Shown here one piece after another: positions 14,812 to 28,080 of a DNA stretch of 64,000 bases. The notes beneath the pieces are model-generated. The model searched no databases. It saw nothing but the letters and a program-made list of their open reading frames with translations, and was not told the origin of the DNA. The stretch is from assembly GCA_951406725.2 (NCBI GenBank), contig OX597816.1, positions 159,588,001 through 159,652,000 on the forward strand, in the 5' to 3' direction. Position 1 is the stretch's first letter. The number at the start of each line of letters is the position of its first letter. Both the position numbers and the translations under genes were made by a program. This DNA is from Octopus vulgaris (taxonomy: Eukaryota).

Positions 14812-15635
14812 ATAGCTAAACTGTACACCCCTCTCTGTAAAAAGTGGTGTATCAACAGTAAGAAGGTCAGAAGGTCAAGAGTACATGTAGACTATGTTGA
14901 TAGTAGTGTCTGTGCTGATATAGTAACTATATATAGTGATAACTATACAGTGGGTGGATGTTATAACAATCCAACCTTTTGAAGGTAATAACAATGTACA
15001 ACTGGGTGTTGTATAGTGTCAGATAGAAACATTCTATTGATGACTTCAGAATATAACAATATCTGTAAGAGTGACAACTGTCGTCAAAAGACAGATAGAA
15101 CAGTGGTAAAAGACTGTTTTATAACAGTGGCAACGAGGAAAAACAAGCTTATGCAAAATGAAAAAAAACACATTCACATGGAGAGTTTAAACTAATTCAC
15201 ATGGAAAATTAAATACCTCAACAAAAAAGAAACAAGAATCTTGTTGGGCAAACTTACAAAAATCGTAAAATATGGAAGACTTGTTAGCTGGGATAGTTGA
15301 GTTGCAAGAACAGCAACAACAACAACTCGAGGAACAATGAGAACAACAGGAATTGCAGCAGCAAATGTTACACTTCTGGTGGCATGCAATAAGCACCATT
15401 CATACATGTTACTAATCTGGAGAATACATTTTCACCTGACCATGTAGCAAATTCCATAAGTGAATTCAAATATGACTCCAAAGATGTAACCTTTGAGGCC
15501 TACTTTCAAAGATTTCAACAAACCTTTGAAGAAGAATGCCAGGATTGGATGGACAGAAAACTAGAGACAGCAGAGCATGAGAAGTATAGTAACTTCATAT
15601 TGCCAAAAAAAAAGATAAACATCTGACATAAATTT
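14806..15635 (+). mobile_element. Gypsy-type LTR retrotransposon 5' remnant: LTR, PBS and gag start
   Basis: TGTTGTA...TATAACA (14806-15126), then PBS-like GTGGCAACGAGG. From 15272 it reads MEDLLAGIVELQEQQQQ, then FSPDHVANSISEFKYDSKDVTFEAYFQRFQQTFEEECQDW..RKLETAEHEKYSNFILPK (K02A2.6-like gag), with stops and frameshifts. Confidence 0.85.
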
Positions 15636-16567
15636 GTGTGTGTGTGTGTATGTCTGTGTTTGTTACCCCACCATCACATGACAGCTGATGTTGGTGTGTT
15701 TATGTCCCTGCAACTTAGTGGTTCGGCAAAAGACACCAACAGAATAAGTACTAGGCTTATAAAGAATAAATCCTGGGGTCAGTTTGCTCGACTAAAAGTG
15801 GTGCTCCAGCATAGCCACAGTGAAATGACTGAAACAAATAAAAAAATAAAAGAATATACATACATGCTTATATATTATTTTATTATTTTTTTATTTATTA
15901 CCTTTAGTTTCAGCTCTAGGGCTGCAGTGATGCTGGGACACTGCTGTCTGATGCCAGTGCCACCTGACTGGCTCTTGTGCAGGTGACATGCAATAAGCAC
16001 TATTCATGCATGGGTCATTGTCAGTGCTGCCTGACTGGCTCTCCGTGCTGGTGGCATGTAAAAAGTACCATCCAAACATGGTTGATGCCAGCTCCCCTGG
16101 TAGCACGTAAAAAGCACCAATCCGAACACAGCCGATGTCAGTGCCACCTGACTGGCTCCTGTGCCAGTGGCACTTAAAAAGCACCAACTACACGCTCGGA
16201 GTGGTTGGCGTTAGGAAGGGCATCCACCTGTAGAAACCTTGCCAGATTAGATTGGAGCCTGGTGCAACTACTCCTCAGTCAAACCATCCAACCCATGCCA
16301 GCATGGAAAGCATGGAAAGCAGACGTTAAACGATGATAATAATGATGGTGATGATGATGATGATGATGAAGGTTGTTTGTCATGGCCAGTCAGAGAGTGA
16401 CCATTGTTTTTGCACCTATGAAGCACACAAGTCAAACTTGAATTACCGGAGGCATATAACCATAATATATATGATGGGCTGCTTTCAGTTTCCATCTATC
16501 AAATCCACTCATAAGGCCTTGGTCAGCCCAAAGTGATAAAAGAAAACACTTGTCCAAGATAATATGC

Positions 16568-17031
16568 CAGTGGTTCCCAAACTTTTTCAGGTTGCCACCT
16601 CTTGACACCCAGGTTACATTCCTTGTGCCCCCGCCTTAACTAACCATCACAAACATAGACCTCTTCCTGAAACAAATTCAAAGCAACTGTATTTCACAAA
16701 TAAAACTTAACCAAACGAAATCATTATTTTGTTCTTTTTACATGAATTGCCACCACATTATTGCTCCACTTTTTACATGAAGCACTACCCCATTATCACC
16801 CGACTTTTTACATGAATTGCTACCCCATCATCACTCCACCTTTTACTTGAATCACTACCCCATTATCACCCCATGTTTTACATGAATCGCTATCTCATTA
16901 TCACCCCACTTTTTACATGAACCGCTACCTCATTATTGCTCCACTTTTCTTCAACGTCCTTTCCCCAGAACTCCCCCCCCCAATGTGTGTGTGTGTGGGG
17001 GGGGCAATACTGCTCACTTTAGGAACCACTG
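16568..17031. mobile_element. hAT/Charlie-like MITE inserted in a SINE A, with an internal ~36-bp tandem repeat
   Basis: TIRs CAGTGGTTCCCAAA / TTTAGGAACCACTG. 8-bp TSD TAATATGC/TGATATGC. About 6 copies of TTTTTACATGAAT..C.ACCCCATTATCACCCCAC at 16736-16950. Confidence 0.9.
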
Positions 17032-17576
17032 TGATATGCAGTAGGACTGAACCCAGAACCATGTCTCTGGGAAACAAACTTCTTACCACGCAGTCACACC
17101 TGCACCTCTTGAAAAAATCCAAACACAATGAAACATTATTTTTGCCTCAGCTATCATCCTGAACTCCACTGACAACCACCCACTTCTTAATCTCTGTCAC
17201 CTCCACAGTCACCACTGCTAGGAACACCTGATTAAAAGGGGGAAGTTTGTAATTAGTCTGCTCTATATGGATTGACTAGAGACCAAAAATCAGCACAAAC
17301 CATCATTACTATCAGTTGTACTATTATCACCATCACCATCAACACTACAGTGACCAATATCATAGTAATCATCATCAGCACAGCTATCAACAAGCCATTG
17401 AAGCTAATAAAGGAGCCTGCTAGAAATAGCAGCCAAATCCCATATCATAACTTAAAAAGGAAGGACACATTGAATAGTGTAGTCTGTCGTATATTGGCAA
17501 TAAATATTGGTTTCAAATTTTGGCACAAGGGGAGGGGATAAGTCAATTACATCGACCCTGGTGCTCAACAGGTACT

Positions 17577-17923
17577 CAGGTGTGATCCCAGGAATTTTTT
17601 GAAGGGAGGGCACTAGGTCAGAAGCACTAATGTAGCTAGGGGTGAGCGGTAGGGATGGTCTGCCCTTGGTGACACTTTTAAGGGGGCGGCCCTTTTCATC
17701 CTGTACTAGGCAATTTGTATTTTTTGTGGGGTCCAGGAGTAGCAAACAGAAGGGCTGCCTCCAGGTAACACGCACTCTAGCTACGCTTGTGGTCAGAAGG
17801 GAATACAATTCCAAGAGAAAAGGACGTAATAATATTATTTAGAAGGATGCACTTCTTTTCTTGAGTGGGCGGGGGGGGGGCGTGCCCATCAGGCCCCCCT
17901 CCCCATCCTTGGGTTCGCCCCTG
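17577..17923. mobile_element. MITE with CAGG termini and a 6-bp TSD, inserted in a SINE B
   Basis: CAGGTGTGATCCCA / TGGGTTCGCCCCTG. GGTACT lies on both sides (17571-17576, 17924-17929). Confidence 0.85.
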
Positions 17924-18229
17924 GGTACTTATTTTATCACCCTTGAAAGGATGGAAGGCAAAGTTGATGTTGGTGGTTCTTGAATTTATAACATAAAGAC
18001 GGACAAAAATACTGCTAAGCATTTTGTCCGGCATGCTAACGACTCTGTCGGCCTTAGTTTATTGTCAGAAATATTAAGGTGATATGGTCATTGCTGGAAT
18101 GCCTTTGATCATATGGCTTTTGAATTAGGACTGACAGCAACAATGAAGTCATTGTGGCAACAAGTACCTTACCACAATCACCGCCAATATAACCACCAGT
18201 ATCACCTTCCTTTACATCACTACCATAAG

Positions 18230-19190
18230 ATTCACCATCATCATCATCATAGAAGCAGCATCACCAGCACCACCACCACCACCACACCACCACCACCACC
18301 ACCACCACCACCACCACCACTACCACCACCACTACCATCAGTACCACCACCACCACTACCATCACCACCACCACCACCACCACCACTACCATCACCACCA
18401 CCACCACCACCACTACCATCAGTACCACCACCACCACCACCACCATCACCACCACCACCACCACCACTACCATCACCACCACCACCACCACCATCAGTAC
18501 AACATTCACAACTACCACTACCACCACTACCATTATCATCAACAGTAATAACATAATCAACACCACCACCACCACTACCACTACCACCACCACCATCACC
18601 ACCACCACCACCACACCACCACCACCACCACCACCACCACCACCATCACCACCACCACCACCACCACTACCATCACCACCACCACCACCACCACCACCAT
18701 CAGTACAACATTCACAACTACCACTACCACCACTACCATTATCATCAACAGTAATAACATAATCAACACCACCACCACCACCACCATCACCACCACCACC
18801 ACCACACCACCACCACCACCACCATCACCACCACCACCACCACCACCACCACTACCATCACCACCACCACCTCCACCACTACCATCACCAACACCACTAT
18901 CAGCACAACTATGACCGTCACCACCACCACCACCACCACCACCATCATCACCCCTACTACCTCCTTCATCACCAACACCATCTCTGCTATTATCACCATT
19001 TCCACAGTCAGCAACAACAACATAAAATAAACACTACCACTACCAACACCGTGACCACCATCACCAAAACCACCAACGTCAGCATCACTACTACCATTAC
19101 TACTATCATGTCACCGTTGCCACCACCACCATTACCAATACCACCATTATTATCGTCACCATCACCATTACCACCACTACCAACAACAAC
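18230..19190. repeat. (CCA)n-rich trinucleotide tract with an internal ~200-bp duplication
   Basis: CATCAGTACAACATTCACAACTACC...ACATAATCAACACC occurs at ~18492 and ~18698. Confidence 0.9.
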
Positions 19191-19361
19191 AGTCATTTAG
19201 ACTTAGTGTTCTGACTACTAATATTGTCAACGTTGCTTTCATACAGTTAGCTACGTTATGTGATATAGTCTGTTTCCCACCTCTCTGTTGCATGTATATA
19301 TATATATATATATATACATACATACATACATACATACATACATACATACATACACACACAT

Positions 19362-19392
<31 letters not shown>

Positions 19393-19462
19393 TACATACA
19401 TACATACATACATACATACATACACACACACATACATACATACATAAATATATATATAAAAT

Positions 19463-19496
<34 letters not shown>

Positions 19497-19571
19497 ACAA
19501 TATAAAAAATATTCTCGTTAGATGGAGTACTCTTTTTGTTGAACTTGGACACACAGACCTATTCATTATGA

Positions 19572-19607
<36 letters not shown>

Positions 19608-21142
19608 AAACACACACATACAGGCATATATGCATATGTGTGTGTATCCGTATCTTTTCGTTCTGGGTAGTCACTACATGTGTGTATATGTGTGTGTAAG
19701 ACTAGATTCTCATTCTCCCACGAAGAACACCACTTTCTCACCCTTCTCCTCCGTCCTCCCCCCTCACTACCACCACTCCCAATAAAGCCGGTAAAAATAA
19801 TCAATCAGTTTTATTTATTTCTTTATTTTTTTTCTTTCTGCTGCTATTCACTCAACACGTGACTGCCAACGTTGGCTTGATCAGTTCGTTACTTTGTTAT
19901 TTTCCATGTCTCACTCACATCTGCTCTCCCTACTATAACACATACACTTACACGTGCTGAATAAGATAAACCTCCATCTTGATTTAACACAGAAGCAGCA
20001 AAGCATCAGTTTATACACCTGGTCGTATGAACAACTACATTCTTCTACGTTCTGAGTTCAGATCCCATCGAAGTTGACTTTGCCGTTTATCCAGCATCAT
20101 CTTAAAGCTTGAGCACACGGGGTAACCGCCTAAGGGCCTTATGGGTCTAAGGTCTTGCATGACTAGGGGCCCAAATTCTGATCTATGTATTCTGTAGCTT
20201 GCTGTCAATCTTTTCTTCTCTTGGCACAAGGCCGGAAATTTTTGGCAGGAAGGGGCAAGTTGATTACACCGAATCCCAGGGCTCAACTGGTACTTATTTC
20301 GTTGACCCCGAAAGATGAAAGGCAAAGCTGACTTCGACAGAATTTGAATTCAGAACATGAAGATGAATGAAATGCTTAATAGCACTTTATCTGCTGAGCT
20401 AACAAGGGGCTAAACATAGAGGGGACGAACAAGGACAGACAAGGAGATTAAGTCAATTACATCGACTCCAGTGCGTAACTGGTTCTTAATTTATTGACCT
20501 TGAAAAGATGAAAGGCAAAGTCGACCTCGGTGGAATTTGAACTCAGAACGTGGCGGCAGACGAAATACCGCAAAGCATTTCGCCTGGTGTTCTAAAGTTT
20601 CTGCATCCCTTAGCTTTTATCAAAGCACGTCTCTTCAAACCTGCTTCAAACCCGGGCTGTGTCTGCTCCGATAATCAGTGGAGATTTGGTCAGTAAATCC
20701 TCTGTGATGGTCAATAGTTGACAGCAAGATGAGCTGCTATGGATCACGATAGCCCAAAATGTGTATGCATGTGACTGGGGACTACTTGTGAACTTGTATT
20801 CTCACTGAAACTCAGAACATGAACTCTGCAACTCAACAGTGAATGACAACTCTACTAATGGTCAGCATTTATGAGGGACATGGTAAACTCATTGGTTGGA
20901 GCTGGCTCAACCCACTCCAGGTGATTGTTCCCACTGGTGCTAGTAAGTAAGTTATGCTCCATAGGGAACAAAGGGCTTAATCCTTTAGCATTCAGATTTC
21001 TTTATCAAATGTAAAGCTTATTTATTCACATTGTTTTTAATTAATGATACATTATCTCATATCTTCAAGATTTCAATGTTGTATTTGTATATTCTTAGAA
21101 TGATATTATAGGATAGGTATGATCATGGATCATGATAGCCCA

Positions 21143-21400
21143 AAATACGTCAATACAGAAACAGATCCCATAAAATTCAAAAGTTCTCTGGACAAATTTC
21201 TCCATAAAATCCCGGACTAACTTCTTACGCCCAGATATGTCTCCAACAATAATAACTCTTTGCTAGAGTTGGCCATAGTGTCCCATATATGACTGAGGTG
21301 TGAATCATGATCTAAAAGACTTCACCAGGTGGTGCTATTAAGTTAGACATGGTCTGGGCCTATACTGGCTGAAACCTTTCCAAGTTATCTAAGTTACCAA
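21143..21400 (+). mobile_element. LINE (CR1/L2-like) 3' end remnant
   Basis: Reads ETDPIKFKSSLDKFLHKIPD*..YVSNNNNSLLE, a typical LINE ORF2 C-terminus. Confidence 0.65.
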
Positions 21401-21794
21401 GCCAAAATATTCTACCAGTTTTTTTTTATTTAGGAAGTTCTGGGAGTCTCTTATCACTCCTTCAGTCTTTATGGTAATAAGGTCATCATCTCACTAAAAT
21501 GTATCTAATAATTGAAACAAGATTAATCATTGACTTAGATTTTGAAGCTCCACATATTAAACATCAACTACTAGGTCTAATCCTTGTTGCAATGTGGTGG
21601 CTTGTGTGCCTCAATGACTCTGAGAGCCATGCTACTGAAGCACCAAAACTCCCAGTAGGGCCGCCAATGCTAGACAGGTCAAAGGATAGAAGCATGACTA
21701 ATATGGACTTTTTCTTCTCAGAGGTAAAAATGGGTTTGTGTAGGACCAACATCCCTACATAAAAAAAAAACAAAGTCATTGACTATAATTCAAA

Positions 21795-21960
21795 CTCATC
21801 AAGAGCTGGAAGAAGAAGGCTTTCCCTTGGAAAAGGAATGATATTGTAGCAGAGCTGAAAAAGCAGGGATCCAACTGGAGAGAAGCAGAAAAGATAGCCC
21901 AGGGTTGAGAACAGAAGAGAGAAATCATTGATGGCCTTATACTCCATAGCAGCATAAGCC
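21795..21960 (+). mobile_element. RTE-clade LINE 3' remnant
   Basis: Reads WKRNDIVAELKKQGSNWREAEKIAQG*EQKREIIDGL, resembling the RTE ORF end W..AQDR..WR..VDGL. Confidence 0.65.
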
Positions 21961-22401
21961 CTCTGAAATCCTGAATTAGTATCCGGCATGCTGGAAGACT
22001 ACTGGGAGCGAGGCATCCCTTAGCTTTTATCAAAGCATGTCTCTTCAAACCCATGTCTCTTCAAACCTATTTCAAACTCAGGCTGTGTCTGCTCCGATAA
22101 CCAGTGGAGATTTGGTTAGCGAATCCTCTGTGATGGTCAACAGTTGACAGCAAGATGAGCTGCTATGGATCATGATAGCCCAAAATGTGTATGCATGTGA
22201 CTGGGGACTACTTGTGAACTTGTATTCTCACTGAAACTCAGAACATGAACTCTGCAACTCAACAGTGAATGACAACTCTGCTAGTGGTCAGCTTTTATGA
22301 GGGACATGGTAAACTCTTTGGTTAGAGCTGGCTCAACCCACTCCAGGTGAATGTTTTCACTGGTGTGTTAAGTAAGTTATACTCCATAGGGAACAAAGGG
22401 C

Positions 22402-22629
22402 TTAACTCTTTAGCATTCAGATTTCTTTATCAAATATAAAGCCTATTTATTTACATTGTTTTTAATTAATAATGCATTATCTCATTTCTTCAAGATTTCA
22501 ATGTTGTATTTGTATATTTTTAGAATGATATTGTAGGATAGGTATGAAAGGCCAGATGTAGCCAGCTTTAACATAAAACAGATAGAATATTTGGGCCAGG
22601 TATGGCTTGTTTGAATGCTAAAGAGTTAA
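22402..22629. mobile_element. Second TTAA-flanked MITE family
   Basis: TTAA-CTCTTTAGCATTCA ... TGAATGCTAAAGAG-TTAA, a perfect 14-bp TIR. Confidence 0.9.
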
Positions 22630-23649
22630 GTAAGCATTAAAAATGTTCTCACCAAACACCCTGGATATTTGGCACCCTACTGTTTTTTTTTTTTTGCTTT
22701 TTTTTATTTTTTCGTGGCACTCACCTTAGTAACAGAGAATAGAAAGGAAGACCAACATTTTTGCAACATAAGTATCCTTTCTTTCAGCTAAAACTGATGC
22801 CATAAAGAGAAATACTGTTCCCTGTTGCTGGTGCTAGATAATAATGTATATTTGATAAGTGTTTTCTGTGAAATGTTACTGTACAGTGTTGAGTGTGAAA
22901 ACTGCCAAAGGGCAAAACCCTTGTAGGAAGGAAATGGTGTGGCAGCAGGAGCAACAGCAGCAGCGGCAACAACAACAACAGCAACAAAAAGTGCAACAAC
23001 AACTGCATCAGCAACCTTATCAGTAGTAGTAATTGAGAAATTAGAAAAACAACAACATACAGCTAAGGCATTATTAATGCATAGTGAGTGAAACAAATCT
23101 TGTAGGCATACCACTGTTACAGCAACATTTTTGAGCTCACAAGAGAGCCTCTACATGGTCGTTCAATTTGCTAGACATAGCAGCTAAATATTCTACTTAT
23201 CACAACCTAATATCTCACATAGGAAAGAACACATTAGGTAAGGCAATCCAAAGTAACCCTAAAATAAAAAGTTGCGATATGATGGTCAGAGCTGGAATGT
23301 CTCTGATCATAGGTCTCCTCAATCAGAAATGACCTGAAAATATAAAACAAAAACATTATCATTTGTTGTGGATACACAACATAGCCCCAACACACTACTG
23401 CCAATCCCAACATTATCCATCACACTATATACATTACATGATACAATGTACTGTTTATACATTATCAATATAATCAACATTATGGCTATATTACACCACA
23501 GCTGTAACAACATAAATTTTAAATATATCACCATTATTAACAAAAATCTTGTAGTTAATAAAATATAAACTGCCAAACCAAGCACTAATATTTTGAATTA
23601 TCAATATTTATGGTAACTCAAACAACAGTAATTGATACATCATCAGAAA

Positions 23650-25120
23650 TGTTTGTTATATTAATAATTGACCGACCACTATGGTAGCAGTTACACTATA
23701 GCAATAAAATATCACTGAAAATCAACATTATCAACTGCTACCATGATAGATACTTACTCAGAAGTTATAACATACCACTGATGTATTAATATTATCATCC
23801 TCTGCAATGGTAGGTACTATCATAGTGGCTACAACATACCACTGGTCAGTGGCAGCTCATGTATAGGCACTGTGGAACTGCAACACCCCCTATTTCCACT
23901 CGATATTACTGATAACATTCAATATAATGAGTCCTTTTTTCTTTAATTCTTTCTTTATACTTGTACATTATATAATCCTTAAGCTTAATGTCAGTAGCCA
24001 TTCCCTAGTTTATGAAAAAAATACAAAAATCCTTGTATAGAACTGTGCACTTCACAGTTCCGGCAATGCAGTGTTTGGCTGTTGTGTGCATGCTCACATG
24101 TCCGAGATAGGAAACTGCATGCTAGGGAGAGAGAGCACTGAGGTTCACACAGTGCCAACCCTGGTGTGCTGGTGAAAGGTAGTGTTTCTTTTTGATTCCA
24201 CGTGTGTTGCGCTTAAAAACATGTTTATATTCTTGAATGTGATAAAGTGTAGAATTAGATTATTATCCTGCTTCCAGCTATAGTGTTGCTGCTGGGATTT
24301 GTAAAATAGGGCAGATTTCCCCACCTTATTTTGTGATTTAGGGGGGACTTTTGAAAAACAAGGGAGAATTTGTGACAGCGTTCAGTGAACAAATTAAACA
24401 CACTACCCAGCAGTGGCTAAAACGTGAACCAATCAAGTTTATGTGTAGCCTTTCTTTTTATATGTCTGTTTCCTTTTAAACAATATTAAAACAACAGCTA
24501 AAAGTTTTTCTGAAGCAGCACCCCCACTAATTTTGTCTACGAGCCTGCCACTGCACTGGTACATCAACATTACCAGCTGCTACAATGGTAGGTAGTCAGT
24601 GCTAATGTAGTAACTTGAACATACTACTGGTATGCTTATATTATCATTCACAACAGTAATGGTTACAAACATACTCGTAGCTACAATATACTACCAATAT
24701 ACCAGTATTATCAATCACTACGGTAGTAGGTACTAACATGATAATTACTACAACATATGAATGATATATCAACATTATTAATCACTATAGTCAGAGTCTC
24801 TACTGTAGTAACAGCTACACTATGTCATTAATACACCAACATTATCAAGTGTTACACTGCTACTTACAAACACAATATTAGCTGCAACATGCTATTCATA
24901 TTGCAACATAATTAACAGCTGTGCTAACACCTACTATCACAATTGTAGCTACAATGTACCACTGGTGTGCTCACATTATTAACTACTATATTTAGTTGAG
25001 AGAGCCAGAGCATGGCACTGATTATACCAGCATAATCAACTTCAGTAGTAACTACCAACACACACTGGCATTATGAGTACCAGCATTATCAACAGTTACT
25101 GTATTAGCTACAACATACTA
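23650..25120. repeat. Ancient, highly diverged ~60-65-bp tandem array
   Basis: Recurring CTACAACATACCACTGAT.TATCAACATTATCAAC..CTAC.AT.GTAGGTACT motif. Further traces lie at ~25330-25390 and ~28080-28230. Confidence 0.7.
23847..24553. mobile_element. Non-autonomous DNA transposon with CAGTGGC termini and a 7-bp TSD
   Basis: CAGTGGCAGCTCAT / ACGAGCCTGCCACTG. CACTGGT lies at 23840-23846 and 24554-24560. Confidence 0.9.
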
Positions 25121-25409
25121 CAGATATACAAATATTGGCTTCAAATTTTGGCACAAGTCCAGCAATTTACATCGAGCCCAGTGCTCAACCGGTATTTATT
25201 TTATCAACTCCAAAAAGATGAAAGGCAAAGTCGACCCCAGTATAATTTGAACCCAGAATGTAGAGACAAGACAAGACAGCTAAGCATTTTGTCCAATGTA
25301 CTAATGATTCTGTCAGCTCACCATCTTACTAATGTACAAATATTATCAACAACTTCAGCAAAAGCTATATATGGCTATGGTACATCAACACTTAGAATTT
25401 GTATAATTA

Positions 25410-26035
25410 GTTTGGAACCTCCATCTTGTCCAGAATATTGATCTGCTGGAAGCTGTCCAAAGACATGCAACCAGATAAATTACCATCTGTCAGTTACTTA
25501 CCATTTCTTGAATGTATTGCTACTCTGGGTATCGGCATGCTAATGCTTCGGTGTCTAGAAGCTGACTTGTTAGAAGCCACATAATTATCCACCATATTTC
25601 CAACAACAAACTTTGGTCACCCTTTCTAATTCAATATCTCTACTACTCATGGACATGCTTATAAAATCTATAAGTTGCTCAGCACCCATGACTTTTGGGA
25701 ACATTTTTTCATGCTCAGAATTATCAAAGCAAGGAATTAACTACCAGTTGTTAGCTTTCAGGATATTGCACTCTTCAAAAATTCTATGCTTCCCAAAATT
25801 CACCAACACAACTCCTGATTTTCCCACACACCACCTCCTTTCCTCTTTATGGCTCTTTTACTTTCTACTCTCTGTCTTTTTCTGTTTCATTCAGTGTACT
25901 GTACATGTGTTTCTAGCTTTCATTGTTGTTTTTCTTTAATTGACTAATATGTCTGCTTTCTGTCCATTTCTTTTCATTTTTTCTGACAAGTTTTAGTGCA
26001 CCCGAGAACTGTATACAGTATGCTCATTATTATTG
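25410..26035 (+). mobile_element. Old CR1-like LINE 3' end
   Basis: Reads WNLHLVQNIDLLEAVQRHATR and GHAYKI. The tail GCACCCGAGAACTGTATACA..CATTATTATT is shared with the copies ending near 33012 and 42472. Confidence 0.75.
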
Positions 26036-27698
26036 TTGCTGTTGTTAGTTCGTCTGCCTTCAAGTTCTGAGTTCAAATGCTGCCAAGGTCAACTTTGTCT
26101 GTCATCATTTTGAGGTCAATAAATTAAGTACCAGTTGCATACTGGAATCGATCTAATCGTCTGTGTCTAGAGTAGAAAAAAAAAATATTATCAACTATAT
26201 TATCAATTGAACCCAGAATCATCGTCATCGTTTAACGTCCGCTTTCCATGCTAGCATGGGTTGGATGATTTGACTGAGGTCTAGCGAACCAGACTCCAGT
26301 CTGATCTGGCAGAGTTTCTACAGCTGGATGCTCTTCCTAATGCCAGCCTCTCCAAGAGTGTAGTGAGTGCTTTTACATGCCACCGGCACGAGGGCCAGTT
26401 AGGTGGTACTGGCAACGGCCATGCTCAAATGGTGTTTTTTATGTGCCACCTGCACAGGAGCCAGTCCAGCAGCACTGGCAATGTAAAGACAAACAAAATG
26501 CTGCTAGACATTACATCCAACATGTTAATGATTCTGCTGGTTCATTGTCTTAACTGTGTATAAATATTGGGTGAAAAAAGTCTTTGGATTGGAAAAGTCA
26601 AAAGGAGTTTTGTGCAACTTGAACTGACATCTCTTGTAAACATAAAAATTTGTATGAAGGCAATGATACATTGATACACACACACATGCACACATATGCA
26701 AGCATGCATACACACATGCAAGTATGCACACATACACACAAATATACATACCTACATATATATATATATATATATATATATCTCGTTATCATCATATATA
26801 CCTACATATATATATATATATATATATCGTTATCATTATCATCATCATCATTTAGCATCTGCTTTCCATGCTGGCATAACCACATGCTGTCAATAATGAT
26901 GGCTAATTGTAGTATTTTATATATAAACAAGGTGCAAAGTAAGTATTTTGTATGCAAAATAAGTATTCTATAAAATTTGTATGTATGATTATCATACACA
27001 CAAATATTCACATGTTTCCCTTGTACACACACACACATACACATATATACTCACACAGAGTTGAAACACTGATATTTTTCACCCGTTCCTTCCTTATTCA
27101 TCTATCACCTCTTCCTTTCTTTCATTGCTATTACTTTCTCTCAGTCCCTCTCAGTCAGGGATGTTACTCTCACTACATCTCCTTCACTGCATTACTATTT
27201 TCTCTCTTCCTCTGTGTCCGGTGTGAGTCTGGACAAATATATATATATTTTCTCTTATTTGTTTCAGTCATTTGACTGTGGCTATGCTGGAGCACCACCT
27301 TTAGTCGAACAAATCAACCCCACTTATTCTTTGTAAGCCTAGTAATTATTCTATCAGTTTCTTTTGACGAGCTGCTAAGTTACAGGGATATAAACATACC
27401 AACATATGTTGTCAAGCGATGATGGGGGGACAAATGCAGGCACACATACACACGCACGCGCGCACACACACACACACACACAGATACGACAGGCTTCTTT
27501 CAGTTTCCGTCTACCAAATCCACACACAAGGCTTTGGTTGGCCCGAAGCTATAGTAGAATACACATGCCCAAGGTGCTACATAGTGGGACTGAACCCAGA
27601 ACTATGTGGTTGATGAACAAGCTACTTACCACACACCCACTCCTGCGCCTATACAAATATATAAAAACACTACACTTATTATTATATAAGGATATCTA

Positions 27699-27778
<80 letters not shown>

Positions 27779-27799
27779 AAGCTCTCTCTCTCTCCCCTA

Positions 27800-28032
27800 C
27801 TGTCCTCTAGCGTCTGACCACTGCCCGAAGTCAGGACGCCATGATAGATCGTTAGCTCCTACACGCATTTTTTTCTCTCCTTGTTTCCTTTCTGTATATC
27901 TTTCTGTCGAAGAGCGTAGGCTCGAAACGTAAAAGACTTGTTCTATTTCTATTCCTGAGCACCATACTAATACATTTATTTGTTTGTACTCCACCTGCCT
28001 TCGTCTTTTGTTTATTTTCGTAAACCTTCCCG

Positions 28033-28035
<3 letters not shown>
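27800..28035 (+). mobile_element. Penelope-like terminal segment with a degenerate minimal hammerhead
   Basis: CTGTCGA-A-GAGC-GTAG-GCTC-GAAAC-GTA at ~27904-27931. The segment ends in (TA)n. Confidence 0.55.

Positions 28036-28080
<45 letters not shown>

Larger units (their letters stand above)
20603..22547 (+). repeat. ~520-bp direct duplication (20603-21122 and 22013-22547)
   Basis: Both copies run GCATCCCTTAGCTTTTATCAAAGC ... GGATAGGTATGA with few substitutions. Confidence 0.9.

Noticed and set aside
18113-19196. Poly-Pro (formin/extensin-like) and poly-Val ORFs
   Set aside because: These are translations of a (CCA)n microsatellite with no flanking domain or splice support.
22719-22835. 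Minus-strand exon ending at AG|GTGAGT; similar isolated splice-like sites at 5019, 7234-7311, 29914, 61130 and 62911
   Set aside because: There is no recognisable protein, frames are mostly closed, and such motifs arise by chance. RNA-seq would be needed.
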